Assembly: GCA_964016885.1 (NCBI GenBank)
Contig: OZ024744.1
Coordinates: 38,068,001 to 38,132,000, forward strand
Reading direction: 5' to 3'
DNA: 64,000 nucleotides
Source: Eledone cirrhosa
Lineage: Eukaryota
The notes beneath the pieces are model-generated. The model was not told the origin of the DNA. It did not search any database and saw only the letters and a program-made list of their open reading frames with translations. This document shows positions 54,248 through 64,000 of the stretch, in pieces. The position numbers and the translations under genes are program-made. Numbering within the stretch: the stretch's first letter is position 1; each line of letters begins with the position of its first letter.

Positions 54248-54950
54248 CATCGTGTAACATATTTTTTGTTCCTTGGTTCTAAGTGTCATTTCCTGGTTTG
54301 TTATATCCCATTATTATTTTAAAAAAAAAACTATTATTTAATCAGAAGTTTGGGTTTGTTGTCAGGAGTTTGATATTTCGAAATTTTCATATTTTCCAAG
54401 AAAAAACACATTTTTTAAAAATTTATCAGTACATATAATTAAATCAACAGAGTATATATTTATTTTATTACACAAGCTTATCAAAAGCAAACAGGTAAAC
54501 ACAAATAATACTTATAAAGCAACTTATACACGTCAGAAATGACTGGATTTCCTGGATTTGTGGTTGTAGTCCAGGTCGCATTCCCGCACTAGCCCCCATC
54601 AATGTTTCATTGTAGTGGCCCTGGTACCTCCGCTCTATCTATTTCACATCTTGGTGGAATCGTTCGCCTTGTTCTTCTGATTAGGCGCCTATATTGTCCT
54701 TGAATTTTTCCAGATGAGCGTCCAGCATATCGAGTTTAAGCGACATCCTGCATCCCATGGCGCCAAAAGCCTTTATCAGATCCTGCACCAGTTGCTCTTT
54801 AGTTGCCCAGGAAGCCCTTACCAATTGCCTTGAAACAGTTCCACGCTGTTCTCTCAATCCTATTGAACTTATATGAGAACTCGGTAGACTCAAATACTTT
54901 CTTTATCTGAGGTCCAACAAAAATTCCACCTTTGATTTTGGCGAGTTTGG
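54248..54950 (-). mobile_element. Chapaev3-like (CMC) DNA transposon 3' remnant
   Basis: AKIKGGIFVGPQIK..AW..F....GFLGN; GCRMSLKL..LDAHL..*SEEQGERFHQD..ERRYQG; terminus CATCGTGTAACA..TTTTTGTTCC. The family assignment is from recalled motifs. Confidence 0.7.
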
Positions 54951-57507
54951 GCATCGTCAGCCACGGCATCCCCAGCCCTCCGTTGGAAGGGTGTTGGCAG
55001 CAGATGGATCTTCTCACCAAAGGAGCCCGCCTCTTCCAAAGGAATTGGAAGAGCGCGCGCTCCATTTTGGTGAGCGTTTTGGCTGGACAAGGCCCGACGG
55101 TCAAGCGGTAGTAGATGGCAGACACTATAGAAGTGTTCGCCACCTCCAGTCGACCTTTCCAGGATAGTTTGCACTCGGCACACTTCTGGGTGAGTGCAAG
55201 CACCTTGGCCGTCACCTCGTTTCAGTTCTTCTCCACCTGGAGGTCCGGACTAAACCAAACCCCGAGCAGCTTTACCGGTCCTTTCGTCCAGTGTCCGACG
55301 ACGCCATCGGAAGGCATCGGTTTGCTTCTCCACGATCCGAGTTGCAAACCAGTGGACTTGTCCCGGTTCAGCTTCGCTCCTGTGAACCTTTTGTATTCCT
55401 TCAGTAAGGTGCCGACCTCCCCGATTTGCGAGGTGCTCGACACCATTACTGCCAAGTCGTCGGCGTAGGCCGACGCCGCTTTCCGCAATCCCGATTCCAG
55501 AAGGATGCCCTGCAATAGCTCCAACTTCCGCAGTAGTGGCTCGAGAGTCAGTACGTACAGAAGGGAGGAGAGAAGGCAGCCCTGTCGAATGGATCGTGTG
55601 ATATGGAACGGCTCCGAGAGGTAGCCGTTCACCTTGACACTTGAGCAGATGTTGCTGTTGTGCATTACAGCAATCCAGCCCCTGAACACGGGTCCGAAGC
55701 CTGCTGTCTCGAGCACCGCATCCAGGTAACGATGGTCAACCCTATCGAAAGCCTTAGACTGATCCAAGTTGATGAGGGCCCCACCGAAGCCGGGATTACA
55801 CACTACCGTCTCTATGATGTATCGCATGAGGTGGAGGTTGTCGTGTATCGGCCTGGTCGGGATTGCGCATGTCTGCGCTTCTCCTACCAGGTTCTTGACA
55901 ACAAGCGCCAGCCTCTTTGCCAACACCTTCGCCAAAATCTGTAACTCTGTGTTTAGCAGAATTATGGGCCGGAAGTTGCCTATGTCATCCCCCTTATTCT
56001 CGTCCTTCCTGACTAGTGTGACTACGCCCCGGTCACAGAACTGGGAATTCTCCCGTTCTGCTGCCAGTTGCAGTAGACGGCTTCCAGGAGACCGGAAATA
56101 AGTCCGGCATTGCTACGTAAAATTCGTAGGGTAGACCGTCGAGACCTGGAGATTTGCGTTTGCCGCATTGGCTCAGCGCGTCCCCTATCTCAGTGGCTGA
56201 AATCGGCTTTTCGCAGAACTTCGTCTCGCTGTCCGAGAGTCGCGGTAGGCCGTCGAGGTATGGACCGAAACCCATAGCCCCTCCCGGCGCGCCGCCCTGC
56301 CCGAACAGTTGAGCAAAGTGCCGCTGAAAGGCCGCACACATCTGCTTCGGCTCACGTATCACGCGTCCGTCTTGGTCCTCAAAGACCGAATCGTGGACTT
56401 GTTGCTACTTTTTGCTTCCGTCACTCGGGCCCAGCTAACAGCTTTGGCTCCCTCGTTTCCCAGAGCACGTATTTTGCTTCTGACAACGCAGCCCTCGAAG
56501 AACTGGTCCAAGGCCGTTCTCGTTGCTAGTACGCTGGCTACGTTGCCACTTCTAATTACCTCTTCTACTTCATCTACCAGTTCCTTCTCGGTTCTATTTC
56601 TATCTAACGCTAATTCTTTACTAAAAACTAACGCGTCTAATCTAACTGCTCTCTTGAGAGAGTACCACCATCTGTTGTTGACAATGCCCCCTGTCAAGTG
56701 CTGTTTAACTAAAGTGCTACTCCGTCTACTGTAGGCTTTGCATGTCGATAACGAAAAGTTCAGCTTCCAGTAGCCGGGACCTAGTCTATGGGTTCTATCA
56801 AGGTTGACCATGGAGGTCACTAGTTTGTGATCTGAATAGGCAACCATGAACATTTGTGGACAGCTTAACATGTCCTTATCCTTATTTCTAACTAGAACCC
56901 TATCTAGGTACGATCTAGATGTTCCGCTACGATTAGTCCACATCCACAGTGGCACAGCCGGAATATCTAGTCGATATCTATCGGCCAGTTCAAATCGGCC
57001 GATTAACTGTTTGAGGCTGTTATACCCCCCTTTATCGGGACATGCTCCCACATAGTCCCAACGTGCATCTAGGATTCCATTCCAGTCCTCCACTAAAAGC
57101 AAAGGGTGGGACGTTCCCAGAAAAGTCTCTAGATGTTTGAAGAAGTCAGGCCGTGGTGTCCCGGATGAGACATATGCGACCACCAGCCTGAAGGCTCCAC
57201 CTTCACTACCGTCAACGTCTAGGACCACCAGTCGACCCTCCGGGTCCAGATGTACCGTCTGTGTTACGAGGCCCAGGTGTTTCCGCAGCAAAATGGCAAC
57301 CCCGCCCCCACCTCCCGGCTGACAGAGAGATGCGTAGATCTCAAAATCGTCGAAGATGGGGGCCAGCTGTCGCTCGCTGTGGATCCTGGACTTGCAAACG
57401 GCTACTACTTCCATACTGTGCGACCTGAGGTCGTTTAAGAGTTTGCCCTGTTTCCAGAGCATCCCCAGGCCGCGTACATTAACACATCCAACTCTTATAT
57501 TGACCAT
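54951..57507 (-). pseudogene. L1/Tx1-like ORF2 (APE endonuclease plus RT), frameshifted and 3'-truncated
   Basis: GCVNVRGL, DWN, SYLDRVL, SDH (APE); KSPGLDG, NFRPI, LDQSKAFDRVDH, RQGCLLS, YADD (RT). Confidence 0.92.
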
Positions 57508-60102
57508 GTTGGTGCCGAAAAGTTACAAGAAAAGGAAAAGAAAACACTCAACTCTTCGTCTCCTAGGGTCCAGGCTGCACGATTTCCATGGGGCATTTAG
57601 AGGCGTTGTCTGGGTGGGTGGTGGTTTCCGGTGGGGTGGGGACATGATGTTTGGTGGGGAGGGGGTGTCTGGTGGGGTGGAGTGTTTGGGGTGGGTGTGT
57701 CTGGGGTGAGGGTGGGGAAACCTTTTAAAAGGACGCGGTTAATGGGTTTAACACAAGGATTACCCACGTCCTTAGGAAAGTTTTCCTTTAAAGACTTACA
57801 GGTGTCCGCAGGGACCCTAATCATCTTGAAATTAGGTTTGTCTACACAGTTCGAAAATGTTTTCCCTTCGATTTTCACCAAAGGGTCGTTTTTACTGTTT
57901 ATATATGTGTAATGTTCTTGTTGTGTTGCGGTGGTTTTTGTCTGTTGTTCTTGTGTGAGCTTTCGTTTTGTTGTAGGTGTTTGTGTTTTGGAGTGATGTC
58001 GTGGTTTTGTTTTTGGGACGGGGCTTTTTGTTGGTAATATTTGTGTTGGTTGTGTTGGTGTTTGTAGTGATGTTTTTTTTTGTTCTTATGGTGTCTTTTC
58101 TTCTTTCTTTTCGAACGGAGAGGCTCTCCTTTCGCGTGACTTGGTGATGATGAGGGGGCCTCGTCCGTTGTGGTGTCTGTGTTATTTGGAAGGGGTATGA
58201 TTTGGAGAGCTGTTGTGTTTGTGGGTGTTTTTGCAGTAGTTTTAGGTGGAGTGGGGTTGGGTGGGACTGTGCTTGCAGGTTGGTTTGTTGTTCTTGGTTT
58301 GGTTATGTTTGCGTGTTGTTGTTGTTGTTGTTGTTGTTGTGGTGGTGGTGGTGGTTGTGTTGTTGTTTTGGGTGTTGGCAGTAGTGCCTCTTTTTTTGTA
58401 GTTAGCTGAGGACAGTAAGCCCTTAGGTGACCACTGTTTAAACAGTGGTAACATGAAGGCCGCCTACCCTCAACAGAAATGTTTATGTGTGAAATCCCAT
58501 CCAGAGGCACACGTTGGGGTATTTTAGCTATCCGTTCTGGCCTCATTTGGACCAGAACTTCCAGGCTTGTACCATTGAATGTGCCTCTGGAGGACTTTCC
58601 TACCGAAATGATGGTGTTGTAGTAAGACGCCTTACGCCCCCCTGTCGGGTAATGGACCAGGCCTAGTTGTCTCCCCCTGGTTGAGAACACTATTTAAGTA
58701 AGCAGCAGTATTACTTTCTCAGACAGCCACGGGAAGACAGACAGTATACACGCCACAGAAAACAGCCTCTGTACCACGAAACGATAAACAGCCCTCGGGA
58801 ACAGCAAACACAACAATACCTTTGTAATTGTAATACGCTCCCTTCACTACAACTGGATCACGTATATATTTGGTATGTTTCATTTGTAATATAATAAACA
58901 CATATAAACAAAGTAAACATCACCATTATTTACATTGTTAAATATAACTCTCGTTGTGGTTATTGTCTTGTTTACGCACACACCCCACTCACTTTGTTAT
59001 AATTCTCACTTACAAAAATGGTAAATAGACGAGGGACCTTCCCTCACGTCTATGTCGATAAACAATCCAACTAGGATATCTCATTTTACCACAGTGTCTT
59101 CATCGAAATCGATGAAGCCAGTTAAAATCCACCAGACGTTTATATTTGGTGCAATGTTCGAAATGTTTATCTTCTGTGTCCTTTTTCCCATATATGTGGG
59201 GAGAAAGTGTAAAGGGGGGACACAATCGGCGACACAGAATATTTTTGTGCCGTCAATTGGTCTTTCAACAACACCGAAATGCTTCCAAAAAGTTTACTTT
59301 TTTGGATGAAAGCAATATCCTTCATGGAATTCTTCAGAACCAGTTCAATGTCGTTTTGGGATAATTGAACTGGATTTTTCGACACATTTGAAACTGTCCT
59401 AAAAATTACTTTTTTTAGAACAGTTTCTCTACGTAACTGTTGAGGAGAAGTGATGCTGAAAGCACCACTCTCACCAAAGGTTACATACTGTTTTGCATCA
59501 CTTAACATTTCCCTAGCATTGGAAATGTCAAGGTATGCAAACAGTTACGTCTTTTGGACGGTTTGAGCAAAGAAAATCTGTTCCTTGTTCGTGGAGTTGT
59601 TCGGGTTGCTGTTGTTGTTGGTGGTGTTGTTGTTATCATTGTTGCTGTTGTTCTTGTTGTTCTTGTTGTCATTATTGTTGTTGTTGTTGTTGTTGTTGTT
59701 GTTCTGGTTGGTGTTGTTTATATTTTGCATGTTATTGTTGATGTTACAATCAACGTCCGACATAGTGTTTTAAAAACTGACGACATTTTCGACGTCTTTC
59801 AATGAGGTGGTGAGAGGAGATGACTGCGAGTTTAACACTCTTACCGCCTCTCCACCACTTCTAGTACTGGACGCGGCGTCCATGACAGAAGGCAACATTT
59901 GTTTACAATTTTTTTCACCGACGAAATTTTTTCAAACGAAAATTTCACCCCAGGGAGGGATGAAGATGACTTGACCCACCGTCTGAAAGTCCAGACGTGG
60001 GGTCAAGCTATAAAATAGTATTAAATTTAACAATAAATTTTTGATTTCTTACTTAGAAAATCAACAAAAACTTACCAGCGAACTGGCAGACGTCTCAAGT
60101 GA
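57508..60102 (-). mobile_element. L1/Tx1-like ORF1 and 5' region (disrupted)
   Basis: Gag-type knuckle CYHCLNSGHLRAYC in ORF 57899-58690; upstream ORF pieces 59167-59508 and poly-Asn 59545-59763; the apparent 5' end abuts TCTA repeats at about 60103-60132. Confidence 0.65.
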
Positions 60103-60491
60103 GTATAGATAAATAGATAGATAGAAAGATAAATGGTTATGAAGGATGACAACTGTCGTTGTGAAAACAGTGTACAGACTTTCGTCGTCGAAACCGCGTG
60201 CGGTCCAACAAGTTGCTCTGTTAACTACTGAACCAACAAGTCACTCTCTATATATATATAAGAACAAAATGACAAGCTCATAAGGACGCTAGAAATAGCA
60301 GCCAAATTACTACAACAATGTCATATCAGCTACGTACGTTTCGTTGGCCATAAGGACCAACTTGTTTAACTTATGCCAACGAAAATGAACCGGAAAATGT
60401 TTTCCGGTTCATTTTCATCGGCACACGTTGAACAAGTTGGTCGAAATGTACGTACCTGGTATGGTACCGTTCTAGTAACTGGCCTTAATAA

Positions 60492-60606
<115 letters not shown>

Positions 60607-60877
60607 CACGCACAAATATATATATGTAAAGAAAGTAACTATAAGGTTGTTTAGATTGCTATTGAATAATATTTCCGCTCAATGTGTTTATGTCATTATA
60701 TATAGAAATATAGGAAAGTATCATTAAACAGTAGAAGAAGAAAGGTGGCATATAAGACACAGAACATATAGAACCGATAGAGATAACAGAGTTCCTGTAA
60801 CATTTAATACTTTGCAATTGTTTCAACACATCGCTCCGTAGAATACAAAGCTAGAATAAAAACAATATAATAGTAAT

Positions 60878-60942
60878 AATAATTGTTTCTACTTTTAGCA
60901 CAAGGCCAGCAATTATTCCAGTACATTACTGGTACTTTATTT

Positions 60943-60943
<1 letters not shown>
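60878..60943 (-). mobile_element. SINE family A 3' part adjoining (TAA)n at 60946-60997
   Basis: AATAATTGTTTCTACTTTT.GCACAAGGCCAGCAATT..CCAGTACATTACTGGTACTTTATTTTAT. Confidence 0.7.
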
Positions 60944-60997
<54 letters not shown>

Positions 60998-61163
60998 GGG
61001 AAGAAGACGCACGAGGTGACAGAGGTCATGAAATCGCTCCCGTAAGTTTTGAATTTTTAACATATTTAAATCATTTATGAAATAACAACTCTTAGTACAA
61101 ATGCTACGTAAAGCACCCGGCTTGAGCCCCAAAAAAATTCGGACCCAAAATATATTGTTATAA

Positions 61164-61806
61164 GGCTCAAATATTCAAATATTCAACTTTGTATTGTACA
61201 CTGTATATCCAAAAAAAAAATGGCTATAAATGGAAGAAGAAGAAGAACCCCCCCCCTCCTCTCCTCTGGCTACACTATATAGGACAGCTAAACTCACCAA
61301 CACCAGAAACTAGATACACCACCCACCCCATCATCTGTGTACACTAAACACAACAGCATTTTCACCTTCACCGCCACCGCTCACTACGGCCATCATTACC
61401 ACCACTATCCCATCACCGCCGCCACCACCTCTTGACACCTTCACTGCTGCTTCCACCGCTACAGCACCATCACTACAGTAATACGGCTCAAATATTCAAA
61501 TATTCAACTTTGTATTGTACACTGTATATCCAAAAAAAAAAAAAAATGGCTATAAATGGAAGAAGAAGAACCCCCCCCTCCTCTCCTCTGGCTACACTAT
61601 ATAGGACAGCGAAACTCACCAACACCAGAAACTAGATACACCACCCACCCCATCATCTGTGTACACTAAACACAACAGCATTTTCACCTTCACCGCCACC
61701 GCTCACTACGGCCATCATTACCACCACTATCCCATCACCGCCGCCACCACCCCTTGACTCCTTCACTGCTGCTGCCACCGCTACAGCACCATCACTACAG
61801 TAATAC
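61164..61806. repeat. Near-identical approx. 321-bp tandem duplication
   Basis: Units 61164-61484 and 61485-61806, both starting GGCTCAAATATTCAAATATTC. Confidence 0.9.
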
Positions 61807-62381
61807 GGTCGCATCACCGCCACCACTGCCTCGGTATCGACATCACCACCACCACTGTCTCAGTATCGCCAACGCCGCCAGTCTCTGCTGGCTGCCACTT
61901 CCACATTATAGAATTCCTACTACTAACAAAGAGGAAGGCATCAAAATATATAGATAGACTCAAAAGAAAAAAGAAAAAACAAACAACAAAAGCAGCACAG
62001 CAACAACAGCAAAAAACGAGAAAAACAAACAGAGAAAAACAAAAACAAAAAAAGACACCCCAAAAACGTAAAGAAAATAAGAATGAAGAGAGAAGCAGGC
62101 GGACGGACAGAGAAGAGGGGGGAAAAAGTAAAACTTAAAAAACAAAAACTAAGTCAGACATTCGAATACTACATTACAATGAAACTTATGCTTATTCATT
62201 TTTGGGGCCCTTTCTGCCCGTGTGTTTGTTTGCTTATGTGTGTCCGTATACAGCGTGGTAATAATGCAACACAAGGGCCAAGTGGGATGGCGGATCCACA
62301 GATGGCTATGTAAACATACATTCGCCAATCCTCGATAAGAGTGTTTAAATATCGAACATAAACAGTTCGAATAACGGTGAA

Positions 62382-64000
62382 ATGGAGACTAGAACGTCAT
62401 GTGACAGACTCTCACCCAACAGGTGCCCCCTGGCTCAGCAGCAGGAACCTGACTGTCAACCAAATACTGCTGATGTTGGAGGAAGAAGAAGAAGGAAAGG
62501 GGCCAGAACCAACTGGACGAAAGAATTGAATAGAACTGTTATGCAATGCTACCTGAAAAGTAACCCCAAGGAGAGGGGCTACAGGAGACGGATGCATAAC
62601 ATCTGGAACGAGATTGGTTTATTTAAATTAGATGAACAAAAATTGGCCGGGCAGGCTCGGGTAATAAGAACTAATGGGTGGATAAGCGAGCTGGAACTGG
62701 AGGAACTGAGCAGAGAGAATGGCTTGGAGATGGCGGGTGTAGTATGCCAGACAAGCTAGCCGGCGGGAAATGAAGGTGAGGAGGTCCTGAGAACGGAGGA
62801 ACCACCCGAAGCAGACAATGATCTGAATACTGAGATAAATAATACCTGGAACAGAGATACGGCCACTGAGGAGATGAATGCTGACGGGCTAGGACAAGAT
62901 TCGGTTGACATCCTAAATTTAGTGGTAGATGAGTTGAACAATGATAGTGGGAGACCTATGAACCTAAGATTTGTAGACAGGAAAAAGTTAAAAGAAACAA
63001 CAGCTAAGGTAAACAAAGTCATCCCATACCTTGAGGCGAGGAGTCTTCACCAGTGCAACAATATCCTCAAAGCAACAGCAAATACGGTGAGGAAACTACT
63101 TGGTATAAAAGCGAGAGGAAACAACAGACAAGAAAGAGCAGAGCCGTGGTGGAAGAAGCGACTGAGTGGGCAAATCGAGGAAATGAGAAATGACATAGGA
63201 AAGCTTGAGTCACTACTGAATGGGACACTAAAAAACATAGGCACTAAAAATAGACTGGAAATAAAATACAAAACTAGGAGTAAAAAGCTAAATATTATCA
63301 TAGAGGAATTGAAGCAACGCATTGTAGCAAAGAGTGCCAAAATCAGGCGATACGAGAACAGAGTCAGTCAGTATGAACAGAACCGCATGTTCGACAACAA
63401 CCAGAAGATGCTGTTTGGACAGCTTGAGGGGAAAGAAAGAGGCAACGACTTGATCCCTGGGGCGGAACAAGCTAAAACATTCTGGAGAGGAATATGGGAG
63501 CAGGATGTTAGACACAATGCCCAGGCAGGGTGGATTGAGACAGTACAGAGGGAGATCGGTGAGCAGGCACAGCAACAGACTGATTTGAGTATCACAGTTG
63601 AAACTCTTAAGGGGCAAGCCAAAAAACTAACCAACTGGAAATCACCAGGCCCAGATGGTGTGCAGGGGTATTGGATTAAACATTTAACATCCCTCCACCC
63701 GAAGCTGACGGCCATGTTCAATGACTGCTTGGTGTCGGGTGAGGTGCCAGAGTGGTTGACAAAAGGTACCACAGTTCTGATAATGAAAGACCGAATCAAG
63801 GGTAATGATGTTACCAACTATAGACCTATCACATGTCTGCCCGTAATGTGGAAACTGTTGACGAGCATTGTGTCTGAGGAAATCTACCATCACCTCCACA
63901 CAAACAACTTGTTGCCGGACGAACAGAAAGGATGCCGAAAGAAGTCACGTGGTACAAAGGACCAGTTGCTTATTGATAAGATGGTAATGGGGAATTGCAG
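62382..64000 (+). mobile_element. R4/Dong-type retrotransposon ORF (N-terminus to RT), running off the window end
   Basis: WTKELNRTVMQCY..GYRRRM..IW..EQKLAGQ..W.SELEL; PWWKKRL; WKSPGPDGVQGYWIK; NYRPITCLPVMWKLLTS; EQKGCRKKSRGTKDQLLID; one in-frame TAG at 62757-62759, otherwise a single frame. Confidence 0.92.

Noticed and set aside
54799-55215. In-frame fusion ORF of LINE ORF2 and transposase
   Set aside because: Chance deletion junction at about 54950 between two decayed elements; both parts are frameshifted nearby
58672-58691. hAT-like TIR word TAGTGTTCTCAACCAGGGG inside LINE ORF1
   Set aside because: No partner TIR or TSD found; too short to call

Overview
AT-rich eukaryotic (metazoan) genomic DNA. 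The SINE, Penelope, RTE and R4 repertoire together with extreme microsatellite density suggests a cephalopod (Octopus-like); this is an inference, not a database result. I found no convincing host protein-coding gene, rRNA, true tRNA or CRISPR array, and nearly all ORF-track entries are translations of simple repeats or decayed transposons. The window is a mosaic of: (i) Penelope-like elements (PLEs), many with inverted pseudo-LTR ends embedded in (TA)n and carrying type-I hammerhead ribozyme (HHR) motifs, including a nearly complete but permuted RT + GIY-YIG element at 34.9-39.2 kb; (ii) non-LTR retrotransposons of the RTE, R4/Dong and L1/Tx1 types; (iii) Helitron and Chapaev3-like DNA transposon remnants; (iv) two tRNA-derived SINE families; (v) multi-kb compound tri- and pentanucleotide arrays. 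The most interesting signals are HHRs with greatly enlarged domain II, an apparent one-family-per-microsatellite targeting pattern (Tx1-like in (TCTA)n, R4-like in (TACA)n, PLEs in (TA)n), a bipartite non-autonomous RTE, a satellite made of two bounded units, and a compact AP-1/CNC-Maf motif cluster near 2 kb.
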